Assembly (NCBI GenBank): GCA_031459875.1
Contig: JAVKHQ010000010.1
Span: 1-64,000 of the forward strand
Direction of reading: 5' to 3'
Length of the DNA: 64,000 bases
From: Candidatus Fervidifonticultor sextus
GTDB taxonomy: Bacteria; Sysuimicrobiota; Sysuimicrobiia; Sysuimicrobiales; Humicultoraceae
This document shows, piece by piece, positions 55,327-64,000 of the stretch (position 1 is the first letter of the stretch; each line of letters begins with the position of its first letter). The notes under the pieces are model-generated. The model saw only the letters and a program-made list of their open reading frames with translations. It ran no database searches and had not been told where the DNA came from. Made by a program: the position numbers and the translations under genes.

Positions 55327-57873
55327 CTACCTGAGAGCCGCAAGTTCGCGGGGCTCGACCTTGCGGTACACTTCCTGGGGCGAACGCCGCCGCCCACCCA
55401 CCGTCAGCAGCGCCTGCACCGGAATCCCGAACAGCCGCTCGTTCTCCTCGAGGTAGGGGAGGATCGTCGCCCAGTCTTCGTCCGTCAGGTCGGCGTAGCG
55501 CCCGCCGTTGAGTTGGGAGTCCTCCAGGCGGCGGTGGGGATCCCGTGCAAAGATCGCCCCGCCCGAGGCCAGCGAGAACAGGTTGCCGCCAGGGTAGGGC
55601 GTCTCCAGGTCGACCATCCGGCCCTCGGCGTCAAAGGTGATGCCGTTGAGGATCACGAAGCCCCCGCCCTGGGTGGGGACGCCCGCCATGAAGGACTCCG
55701 CCAGGTAGTCCAGCGCCGTACCGTTGATCACCACCCGCGGCCGGCCCACCGCGTTGATGAGCGGCCGCCCCGCGGCGTTGCCCAGCACGAAGACGTCGCC
55801 CCCCTTGGCGCCGTAGAGGAAGGTCTGCCCGACGTCCCCGTGGATCACCAGGCGGCCGCTCTTGAGGATCTGCCCGTACTGGTCCTGGCCGCTGCCGTGC
55901 ACGACCACGGTCATCCCGTCGAGGCCCGACCCGAGATAGTCGCCCGGACTGCCGTAGACATCCAGCCGCACCCCCTCGGTCCGCGGACCGAAGCCGCACC
56001 CGATGAACCGCTGCCCCCGCACGTCGAAGACGGTCATGCGGCGCCAGCCGCGCCGGAAGGCTTCGACCAAGTGCAGCGCCAGGCTCTGGGCGCCCTCGGA
56101 CGGGAAGCCCACCCCGTCGACCAACAACAGGGCGCCGGGATCCCCTGCCGGGAGCCTGCCACGTGAGGTCCAGTCAATTCGCCGGACACCGGTCCACTTC
56201 GACGGCACCGACCGGAAGATGGCGAAGAGGCGCTCCTGGAGGAGGGCTGTGACCGAGGCGCGCCGCTTGCGGCCCGTCGGGTAGCGGGCGTCCAGCAACG
56301 CGGTGAGGGTCTCTGCGGCCCGGCAGAACAGTTCCGGCCCGGACGCGGCGGCGCGCTCCACCGCGTCGAGCCAGCCGGTCAGATCCTCATAAGTCCAGGC
56401 AGCGAGCTGCCGGCGGGCGGCATCGGCATCGAGCACTTCCCCGGCTCCCTCGGCCGGCCGCACCGGGACGGCTGCGGGGACCGGGCGCAGGGTGACCGGA
56501 ATCGAGCGCAGGTAGTGGACCTGATCCGGCGGGACCCGCACCTGCTGGCCGAACTTGTTCGTGCAGACCAGACGCGCCGCCGCGCCGGTCGCCTCGACCG
56601 TGTAGATGAAGGCGCCGCCGTCCGTGTACGACCCGCCCCGCGCATTCCAGTAGCGGTCGGCCACCGGGCAGATGCGCGGGTCGTCGCGCGCCAGACTGCG
56701 CAGGGCGGCATCGATGGCCTGTTTTTCCGACGCGATGATCCCGATCTGGACCTCCCCCTCCTGGAGGCTGAAGACCTGAGGGCGCAGCATCGAGGTATCG
56801 GTGATCCCGATCAGCTGCCAGGCCTCCCCGCCCCGCAGGGTTCGGGCGACGATGAAGAACCACGGGCCGTCGGGCGACCCGTGGATGTGGGCGGCCTGGA
56901 TCGCGCGGTAGAGGCGCTGCTTCTCCGGCGGCAGCATCCGGAAGTCGCGCTCGGTGGTCGGCGCCATCGCCTCCAGCAGGACCTCCAGCGGATACCGGTA
57001 CGTCCGGGCCCACAGGTCGAACAGCAGCACCGCCACCTCGGTGTCGGTCAGGAAGAGGGGAAAGAGCCCGCGCTGGGCCAGGTACTCGCAGACGGCGTGG
57101 TAGTTGGCGAAGTCGCCGTTGTGGACCAGGGCGACGTCGAGGGCCGCAAAAGGATGCGCGCCGCCGGGGTGCCAGACCCGCCCCTTGGTGGGATACCGCT
57201 GGTGCCCGATCCAGACGCGGGCCGCCATCTCCTCCATCCGGTAGTACCGGAACGCCTGCTCGGCGTAGCCCACGATCTTGAGGACCAGCATATCCCGACC
57301 GTAGGACATGACGAAGGCGCGCATGCGGCCGTCTGCGTACAATGCCCGGTTGAGGCGGAAGGCCCACTGGCTGAGGAACTCGTCCTCGGCGTCTTGCGCT
57401 TCGAGGTCGCCCAGCCCGCGCTCGCGGACGAACCGCTCGAGGACATCGGGCCGCACCCGGGCGAAGAAGCGCCAGACCTCGGGCGGGCGGACCTCCAGGC
57501 CCAGGTCGCGGTGATCGTCGACCGTGGGGATCCGGTAGCCCTGGACGACCTCCAGGTCGCCGAGGAACTGCGTCTCGACGTCGGCGCGCGCCGAGGTGTC
57601 GAGGAGCGCCACCTGGATCAGGTAGGCGCCCGCGAGGGTGGCCCGGTCCACGCCCAGCTGCTCGGGGAGGAGGCCGCAGGCCGCCAGGCCGCCCCCCTTG
57701 CCGTTGCCCCGGTTGTGCATCTGCATGCAGGGCAGCAGGATGTGCGCACCGGCGACCGGCACCGAGGCGGCCAGACCGACGACGCCGCAGCCGCCCTCGG
57801 CTTCCGCAGGGCGCACGGGGAGCGCCGACGCCCCCAGCGCCCGCCGCGCGCGGACCAGCGCCCCGATCCTCAC
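55327..57873 (-). CDS. glutamate synthase-related subunit: class II glutamine amidotransferase fused to a GXGXG domain
   Basis: EGG-CGVVG Ntn cysteine, HNRGNGKGGG, HQRYPT, AHPF, VHNGDFANY, TDTE; C-terminal GQRFIGCG, GSPGDYLGSG, GDVGQTFLYGAKGG, DYLAESFMAG. Confidence 0.88.
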   Translation of the reverse strand: MRIGALVRARRALGASALPVRPAEAEGGCGVVGLAASVPVAGAHILLPCMQMHNRGNGKGGGLAACGLLPEQLGVDRATLAGAYLIQVALLDTSARADVETQFLGDLEVVQGYRIPTVDDHRDLGLEVRPPEVWRFFARVRPDVLERFVRERGLGDLEAQDAEDEFLSQWAFRLNRALYADGRMRAFVMSYGRDMLVLKIVGYAEQAFRYYRMEEMAARVWIGHQRYPTKGRVWHPGGAHPFAALDVALVHNGDFANYHAVCEYLAQRGLFPLFLTDTEVAVLLFDLWARTYRYPLEVLLEAMAPTTERDFRMLPPEKQRLYRAIQAAHIHGSPDGPWFFIVARTLRGGEAWQLIGITDTSMLRPQVFSLQEGEVQIGIIASEKQAIDAALRSLARDDPRICPVADRYWNARGGSYTDGGAFIYTVEATGAAARLVCTNKFGQQVRVPPDQVHYLRSIPVTLRPVPAAVPVRPAEGAGEVLDADAARRQLAAWTYEDLTGWLDAVERAAASGPELFCRAAETLTALLDARYPTGRKRRASVTALLQERLFAIFRSVPSKWTGVRRIDWTSRGRLPAGDPGALLLVDGVGFPSEGAQSLALHLVEAFRRGWRRMTVFDVRGQRFIGCGFGPRTEGVRLDVYGSPGDYLGSGLDGMTVVVHGSGQDQYGQILKSGRLVIHGDVGQTFLYGAKGGDVFVLGNAAGRPLINAVGRPRVVINGTALDYLAESFMAGVPTQGGGFVILNGITFDAEGRMVDLETPYPGGNLFSLASGGAIFARDPHRRLEDSQLNGGRYADLTDEDWATILPYLEENERLFGIPVQALLTVGGRRRSPQEVYRKVEPRELAALR

Positions 57874-60365
57874 CCGAGCGCCCTCCCCCCGCCGGCCACG
57901 TAGCGCAGCAGGTCGGTCCGGCCCCGCAGGTCGGCGATCGAGCGCAGCCCGAGGCGGCTCGTGATCTCCCGCAGGACGACCATCCAGGCCCGGTAGAGGT
58001 TGGCGATGCGCCTGGTGCCCCAATCGGGGTCAATCAACCTGCTGAGGTCGGGGTCGGTGGTGGTGATCCCAAACGGACAGCCCCTGCCCTTCTCGCAGTC
58101 GGCCAGCCGCGTGCAGCCCAGGGCCACCAGGTCGGCCATCCCGACGACCACGCCGTCGGCGCCCAACGCGATCGCCTTGGCCGCATCATAGGGTGTCCGG
58201 ATCCCCCCGCTGGCGATCAGCACGATCTCGTCGCGGATGCCCTCCTGCACCAGGAACCGGTGCACCTTGGGGATGGCGTACTCGATGGGCATGGCGATGT
58301 TCTTCTTGGCGATCTCCGGTGCCGCCCCGGTGCCGCCGTAGCCGCCGTCCAGATGGACGATGTGCGCGCCGGCATGGTAGATGCCGACGGCGACCATGTC
58401 CACATCCGTCGGGGTCGAGACCTTGACCGACACCAAAGCACGCGGGTTGACCGTCCGGATCCAGTCCACGTGCTTCTTGTGGTCCTCGACCGAGTAGACG
58501 CTGTGGAACGGGAACGGCGAGTAGAGGCTGATCCAGGCCACCGATTCCCGCATCGAGGCCACGGCCTCGGTCACCTTGCCGCCGAGCAGGTGGCCGCCCA
58601 GACCGGGTTTGGCGCCCTGGGCGTACTTGAACTCCACGAAGCGGGCGCGCTGGATGGTCTCCTCGCGGACGCCGAACAGCCCGGTCGCGACCTGCGTGAT
58701 GATGTGGTCCGCCCACGGGATCAGCTCGTCGGGGTAGCCGCCCTCACCGGTCGAGGTGAAGGTGCCGATCTCGGCGGCGGCGCGCGCGCGGGCCAGCATG
58801 GTCTGCAGGCTCACCGAACCGAACGACATCCCGCCCCCGTAGACAGGCAGGGGAATCGCAATCTCCGGGCCGAATCCGCGGCGGTTGAGGTGGAGCGAGA
58901 TGTCCACCTGGTCGGCTCCGACCCTCTCCGGAGGCTCCCAGGCGGGGTCGACCTCGAAGACGAACCGCAGCACGTCGAAGCCGCCGCCGGAGCGGCCGAT
59001 GGCGTAGTCGCCATGCGCGGGGGGCCGGCCGGTCTCCGCCATCGTCCAGGTCGCCTGCAGCACCTCGGGCGTCCAGCGCAGGTCGCCCAGGACCGGCGCC
59101 TCGCCGACCACGGGCCCGTCGGACGCGCCGTTTGGATGGACTGCCGGGAACAACGCCCGGAACTGCGCCTCCTCGGCCGCATGGAAGATGACCCGTCCCA
59201 CCTCGCCGCGCAGCCGCCGGACCTCGCGCATCCCCATGGCGCCCAGACACTCCAGCAGCTGGTCCCGCCAGGCGGCCATCAGGTTGACGAGGCGCCGGGC
59301 GCCCCACGCCGGGTCGAACTCGCCGGCCTCGGCGCCGCAGTGACTGCGGTCGGCCCACAGCGCGCACCCCAGGGCGACCGGCAGCGTGAAGTCCACCGCC
59401 ACCAGGTCGGCGCCGCAGGCAATCGCCTTGGGGACGTGCTCGGCGGAAGCAATGCCGCCGCTGACGATGAGGGTGACGCGGTCGCGGATCGCGTCTTCGA
59501 CAAGGCGCCCGTGGACGGCGCGGAGCACGTCGGCGACGAAGCCGGCGGGGGTCTGCCCGTACTCGTCGGCGTAGAGGTGCAGGACCGCGGCCCCCCGGCC
59601 CACCAGGTGGGCCGCCAGCGCCGGCGTCTGCGGGCCCAGGGGCAGGTGGAAACCGACCACAGCGCTGGGGCGCTCCTCGGCGACGCGGGCGGCCGCCTGC
59701 AGGAGTCCGTCGGCAGCCTGCGACTCTTCGCCCTCCAGTTCCAGGTAGGGGACGCGCATCCACAGACTGCGCAGCGCCTCCAGCCGGCCCACCGGGATGC
59801 GCAGGGCCAGGGCCTTTGCATGGGGGTCCAGGTCTGGCTGCCACTGGTCCGGCTCGACGAGGGCCAGGGTGCCCAGATCCCGCGCGGCCATCGCCACGGC
59901 GAGCACGGGGTTCCGGTTGGGCGAAGGCAGCGGGTAGGGGTTGAAGATCACAGGGATGGGCAGTTCGAGCAGACCGAGAGGCCCGGACGGCTGGTCCGCC
60001 ACCACCTCGGGCGGCCGCCCCAGATCCACAGAGGTCGAGATGTACTCGCGGCCGTGGATGCCGTCACGGGTGGGGCGCACGATCTCCGACATGTCCAGCC
60101 ACAGGCCGTCGAACCCGGGGCCGGCAAACGGCCCGCCGTACCCGGCGCCCGAGATGGGAATCTTCCCGCGCTCCGCCATGTACCAGGTCTGGGTGATGAT
60201 CTCCGGTGTCCAGTAGGGATCGACCGTGCCGCCGGTCTCGAAAGGCGCGTGGCCGTACTTGACGTACTCGTCCTGCTCCGCGAGGCGGAAGCGCGCCGGG
60301 GGCGCGAAGGGGGTCGGGGCGGCGCGGGTCTCGATGTGGTATCGAGTGCCGGCCAGGGTCTTCAC
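57870..60365 (-). CDS. glutamate synthase-related subunit with two tandem FMN-barrel domains
   Basis: C-terminal copy: GMSFGSVS, TGEGG, QVATGLFGV, KYAQGAKPGLGGHL, DGGYGGTGAAP, SGGIRT, CTRLADCEKGRGC; N-terminal degenerate copy: SGGIASAEHVPKAIACGAD, LGAMGMREVRRLRG. Confidence 0.88.
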   Translation of the reverse strand: MKTLAGTRYHIETRAAPTPFAPPARFRLAEQDEYVKYGHAPFETGGTVDPYWTPEIITQTWYMAERGKIPISGAGYGGPFAGPGFDGLWLDMSEIVRPTRDGIHGREYISTSVDLGRPPEVVADQPSGPLGLLELPIPVIFNPYPLPSPNRNPVLAVAMAARDLGTLALVEPDQWQPDLDPHAKALALRIPVGRLEALRSLWMRVPYLELEGEESQAADGLLQAAARVAEERPSAVVGFHLPLGPQTPALAAHLVGRGAAVLHLYADEYGQTPAGFVADVLRAVHGRLVEDAIRDRVTLIVSGGIASAEHVPKAIACGADLVAVDFTLPVALGCALWADRSHCGAEAGEFDPAWGARRLVNLMAAWRDQLLECLGAMGMREVRRLRGEVGRVIFHAAEEAQFRALFPAVHPNGASDGPVVGEAPVLGDLRWTPEVLQATWTMAETGRPPAHGDYAIGRSGGGFDVLRFVFEVDPAWEPPERVGADQVDISLHLNRRGFGPEIAIPLPVYGGGMSFGSVSLQTMLARARAAAEIGTFTSTGEGGYPDELIPWADHIITQVATGLFGVREETIQRARFVEFKYAQGAKPGLGGHLLGGKVTEAVASMRESVAWISLYSPFPFHSVYSVEDHKKHVDWIRTVNPRALVSVKVSTPTDVDMVAVGIYHAGAHIVHLDGGYGGTGAAPEIAKKNIAMPIEYAIPKVHRFLVQEGIRDEIVLIASGGIRTPYDAAKAIALGADGVVVGMADLVALGCTRLADCEKGRGCPFGITTTDPDLSRLIDPDWGTRRIANLYRAWMVVLREITSRLGLRSIADLRGRTDLLRYVAGGGRALG

Positions 60366-60473
60366 AGCAGCGGCTGGTGCACCCCTTGGGTCGGAATGCA
60401 GCCGGCATCACCCCTCGTGGGGGGACGCCCAATACGGATTACAGCATAGTCCTGCCGCTACTGGCCCGCAACG

Positions 60474-61244
60474 CTAGAAGTAGTTGGAGGTAATGCCCCC
60501 GTCGGCCACCAGCACCGCGCCGTTGGTCCAGCTGGACTCGTCGGAAGCGAGGTACATCGCCAGGTAGACGATGTCCTCAGGCCGGCCGAAGCGTCCCATC
60601 GGGATGCGCGCCAGCCGGATCCGTTTCGCCTCGGGATTGGTCAGCAGCCATTCCGTCAGCAGCGGCGTCTCGATGGGCCCGGGGCAGATGGCGTTGGTGC
60701 GGATGCCCTTCGGGCCGAACTGCACGGCCAGAGACTTGGTCAGGGCGATCACGCCGCCCTTGCTGGCAGTGTAGGCGTCCTGGGGGACGGTGCAGCCGAC
60801 CAGCGCCACGAAGGACGCGACGTTGATGATGGACCCGCCGCCGGCCCGCAGCAGGGCCGGGATGCCGTGCTTGCAGACCAGGTAGATGCCCTTGAGGTTG
60901 ACGTTGATGACCCGATCCCACACGGCTTCGTCCAGGTCCACGACCGAGCCGTCCTCGGCGGGGAAGATGCCCGCGTTGTTGTAGAGCACGTCGATGCGCC
61001 CGAAGGCGGCCTCGCCGGCGCGGACGGCCTCGGCCACGTCGGCCTCCCGGGCGACGTCGGTGCGAGCGAACACCGCCTGCCCGCCGGCGGCGCGCACCTG
61101 CGCGACCGTCTCCCGACCTGCCGCCTCGGCGATCTCGCTCACGACGATCCGCGCGCCTTCGCGCGCGAACATCACCGACGCCATACGCCCCATGCCGCTA
61201 CCGGCCCCGGTGATCAGCACGACCTTGCCGTCCAGACGTCCCAT
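60474..61244 (-). CDS. short-chain dehydrogenase/reductase
   Basis: TGAGSGMG, NNAG, YTASK, NAICPGPIETP. Confidence 0.95.
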   Translation of the reverse strand: MGRLDGKVVLITGAGSGMGRMASVMFAREGARIVVSEIAEAAGRETVAQVRAAGGQAVFARTDVAREADVAEAVRAGEAAFGRIDVLYNNAGIFPAEDGSVVDLDEAVWDRVINVNLKGIYLVCKHGIPALLRAGGGSIINVASFVALVGCTVPQDAYTASKGGVIALTKSLAVQFGPKGIRTNAICPGPIETPLLTEWLLTNPEAKRIRLARIPMGRFGRPEDIVYLAMYLASDESSWTNGAVLVADGGITSNYF

Positions 61245-61298
61245 CGCCGTCCCTCCGTCTTGCAGAGTAGCCCGCGTCCCGCTCCGTCGGGTGGGCGG

Positions 61299-61616
61299 TC
61301 AGCGCCCCGAGCCCGGGCTGCCGCGCTCTGCCAGCCGTCGCCGGTACTTTGCCATGGCGCCTTCCAGCGAGGCCTGGAGGTCCACGCCGGAGGCATTCGC
61401 CAGACAGATCAGCGCGAAGAGCGCGTCACCCACCTCGCTGGCCCACGCCGCCGACGGGTGAAACGGGTCACGGCCATAGCGCGTCCCGGTCAGGCCCTCC
61501 CGGGCCAGTTCGCCCACCTCCGAAGCGATGTCGAGCAGCCTGACCTGCAGGGAACGTTCGAGCCTGTGGGCTTCCACGAACCGCGCCACCACCCTCTGGG
61601 CCTCCCGCAGTTCCAT
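61299..61616 (-). CDS. MazG-like nucleotide pyrophosphohydrolase
   Basis: DIASEVGELARE...SEVGDALFAL..LAN..GVDL. Confidence 0.88.
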   Translation of the reverse strand: MELREAQRVVARFVEAHRLERSLQVRLLDIASEVGELAREGLTGTRYGRDPFHPSAAWASEVGDALFALICLANASGVDLQASLEGAMAKYRRRLAERGSPGSGR

Positions 61617-61641
61617 TCCCCGACCCTCCTTTGGGAAAGGA

Positions 61642-62973
61642 TCAGAACCTCAGGCCCTCGATCAGGGCGCGCAGCCCGCCGGAGCGGAACAACCGGACGG
61701 CGCGGTCCGCCGGCAGCAGGCGGGCCTCCAGACGGCGTCGGATCGGGCGCAGGAACTCTTCCTCGCCGCGCCCGCGCCGCCGAAGGGCGTCCTCACAGAG
61801 GTCCACCAGGCCCGCGAGCAATCCCAGGACCGGCTCGCGCGCCCGGAGGCCGCGGCGCACCGCGTCCTCGCGGTAGGCCTCCATCGCCGGCCAGACATCG
61901 GGCCCCAGCCGGTCGCACACAAACGCCCAGGCCCGCGGCCAGGCCTCCACCAGCCCCAAGGACAGCGCGGCGGCGGCGAGCCCCTCGTCCGGCGGCTGCT
62001 GACAGGCCGGCCGGATTTCAATGGTGGCGTGGTGCGCCCGGGGGCGCGCGCTGTTCCAGGTGTAGTGCTCGTGCCAGAGGTACGCGTCGAGGTCGGGCCC
62101 GTGGGTGGCCAGGTAGGACGTGAACGGTCGCCCGTACGGCGCGAAGCCGGTGCTGTCGCGGAGCACGTAGCAGGTCTGCCCGCAGATGAAGGTCAGGAAC
62201 TCCTCCAGGGTGGCATACGGTCGGGGGGTCATGCCGTGCCGGTGGGCGCCGAGGGCCGCCAGCAGTCCTTCCCGCCCGGAGGCATAGCGGCCGACGCGCC
62301 CGGCATATACCGACGAATTCGCGGTGAGGGCAATGATGGGCCCCGAGAGGAGATTCAGGGTGTTGATGACGTCGACCAGTTCAAATCGGGCGATGTCCAC
62401 CTGGAGCTGGTCGCTGGCGGTCGTGGTGAAGTGCAGCCATGGCCGTCCGATGGCGCGATGCAGGGCGACGTAGCGCGCCTTGGGCGTCATCAGGGTGACG
62501 CTGCCCGGCGTCCGCGGCTGAATGCCGTAGCCCAGCACGACCATGCCCCGCGCGGCCGCCGCCCGCACCAGACGTCCGACCGCCGTCGCCGACAGCGCGT
62601 CAAGCTGATGGAGATCCTCCACCGGCGGCAGCACGACCTCCACGGTGGCCCGTCCCATCTCGATCTCGTAGCCAACCTGTCCGAGGTCCACGCGCACCGT
62701 CAGGCGCCGGCCGGTCGGATCGTCGTAGGCGATCCGCCCCCCACCCTCGCCCAGCAGGGGTTCCCACAGCAGGGCGGCGTCCCCGGCCCGGCCGTCGGGC
62801 CAGACGAGGGGGAACTCGGCCTCCCGCCCAATCCGCCGCAGAGCACCCAGCGTCGGCGGAAAGCGGCGGCCGAACGACTCGGCCAGGGCCTCGATGGCCG
62901 CCCGGAGCCGGCGGCGCGAGGAGCGCAGGCGCGTGGCGGGCGCGGCCTCAGAACGAGGGATACTTCGACGCAT
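61642..62973 (-). CDS. glutamate--cysteine ligase (GCS2/GshA) family protein
   Basis: IGREAEF, EMGRATVEV, TTTASDQLQVD, ALTANS, WNSARPR, TIEIRPACQQP; start uncertain. Confidence 0.75.
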   Translation of the reverse strand: MRRSIPRSEAAPATRLRSSRRRLRAAIEALAESFGRRFPPTLGALRRIGREAEFPLVWPDGRAGDAALLWEPLLGEGGGRIAYDDPTGRRLTVRVDLGQVGYEIEMGRATVEVVLPPVEDLHQLDALSATAVGRLVRAAAARGMVVLGYGIQPRTPGSVTLMTPKARYVALHRAIGRPWLHFTTTASDQLQVDIARFELVDVINTLNLLSGPIIALTANSSVYAGRVGRYASGREGLLAALGAHRHGMTPRPYATLEEFLTFICGQTCYVLRDSTGFAPYGRPFTSYLATHGPDLDAYLWHEHYTWNSARPRAHHATIEIRPACQQPPDEGLAAAALSLGLVEAWPRAWAFVCDRLGPDVWPAMEAYREDAVRRGLRAREPVLGLLAGLVDLCEDALRRRGRGEEEFLRPIRRRLEARLLPADRAVRLFRSGGLRALIEGLRF

Positions 62974-63607
62974 CCGGACAGAGGTAGTAGACGCGGTGGT
63001 CGAGCAACCGATCGTCGGCATCCAGGTGGAACTGGTTGAGTTCCAGGTTGAGGACGTCGTACCGCAGCGCGGCGTAGGGGTCCAGGCCCCGCAGTTCGCC
63101 GTGGAGTTGCTGCAGGAAGTTCTGGTGGGACGACACCAAAATCCGCTTACCCCGATGGGCGGTCAGCGTCTTCTCCAGGAACGCCCGGGCCCGCGCCCGC
63201 AGCGCCTCGAACGACTCGCCGCCGGGGGGGTTGAGGGAGTACCGGACGTGCTCGATCGGCAGGTAGACCACCTGGGGGAAGCGGACGCGGATCTCGTCCT
63301 GCGTCAGCCCTTCCATCTCGCCGAACGACCGTTCGATGGCCAAATCGTCAATGATGATGCGCTCGCGCGGCCACCCCGTCACGATCTCCGCCGTCTCGAT
63401 GGCGCGCCGCAGGCTGGACGCGATCACCACATCCAGCCGGGTGCCGTTGAAGCTGGCCCGGGCCTCCTCGGCCTGTGCGCGGCCTACGTCAATGAGGGGC
63501 GCGTCGATTCGCCCCCCGGTCCGCTTCGACCGGTTGAGTTCGGTCAGGCCATGGCGGAGCGTGTAGAGCAGCGTCTGGCCGGGAGCGAGGTCCGGCTGTT
63601 CGACCAT
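62948..63607 (-). CDS. histidine phosphatase family protein
   Basis: LRHGLT, SSLRRAIETA, ERSFGEMEG, PPGGES, LVSSH. Confidence 0.92.
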   Translation of the reverse strand: MVEQPDLAPGQTLLYTLRHGLTELNRSKRTGGRIDAPLIDVGRAQAEEARASFNGTRLDVVIASSLRRAIETAEIVTGWPRERIIIDDLAIERSFGEMEGLTQDEIRVRFPQVVYLPIEHVRYSLNPPGGESFEALRARARAFLEKTLTAHRGKRILVSSHQNFLQQLHGELRGLDPYAALRYDVLNLELNQFHLDADDRLLDHRVYYLCPDASKYPSF

Positions 63608-63847
63608 TGCCGCGTCTCCTCCGGGGCTCACGCACACATCGGGCAGCGCTGTTGCTTCCCGTCGTCTGGAACATCTTCCTGCTACGGTCCCTCCGTGGCG
63701 GGGCCGCGCCGGGGGGGTGGCCAAGACCCGCCCCCACACGGCCCGGGGCGGGGCCCCGGGCCGGGGACAAGGGTTTTGCGGACCGTCAGGGAATACTAGG
63801 AGCAATAGTCTGCGCTCGCCATCGACCCAGAGGGGGAGGGGAAGCGT

Positions 63848-64000
63848 ATGAGGCAGGGGACAGTCAAGGGTATGCTCAGGCGAATGGCGCTCTGGGTGGC
63901 TGTGCTCGCTCTCGCTGCGGGCCTGGCCAGCCAGGCGGCCGCCCAGGCCCCGGTGAGGCTGACGGTCTACACCGCGCTCGAGAACGACCAGCTGGGACCC
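63848..64000 (+). CDS. 5' part of an ABC substrate-binding protein (Fe3+/2-aminoethylphosphonate family), runs off the window
   Basis: GGAGGGG RBS, signal peptide, LTVYTALENDQL. Confidence 0.65.
   Translation, partial: MRQGTVKGMLRRMALWVAVLALAAGLASQAAAQAPVRLTVYTALENDQLGP

Overview
GC-rich (roughly 70% by eye) bacterial chromosomal window, mostly housekeeping and metabolic genes. The left edge (1-1624) is the end of an integron gene-cassette array on the minus strand: three clear attC sites, partly lower-GC cassettes (DUF4258 toxin, SnoaL/ester cyclase, thioredoxin-like, a truncated ORF) and no integrase in view. Next come sppA, a complete Mrp Na+/H+ antiporter operon, tRNA-Ser(CGA), usp-mntH with a MntR-type operator, a two-component system, tRNA-Ser(GGA), lepB, a long (Alu-containing) SRP RNA, panE, vapBC and a TetR-controlled ABC efflux operon. 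The middle holds a LonC-type protease, a SsuA/TauA-type ABC importer, Fur + DPSL, a class III aminotransferase, a peptide-ABC/amidohydrolase/LLM catabolic cluster and a cyclase-STAND-TPR protein. After a decayed patch with IS630 and IS256 remnants comes a nitrogen block: glnA with an attenuator-like leader, a VapBC insertion, and an unusually split and permuted glutamate synthase (GATase+GXGXG in one gene, two tandem FMN barrels in another). An SDR/MazG/glutamate-cysteine-ligase-like/phosphatase cluster lies upstream of it. All calls come from reading motifs by eye; no database search was run.
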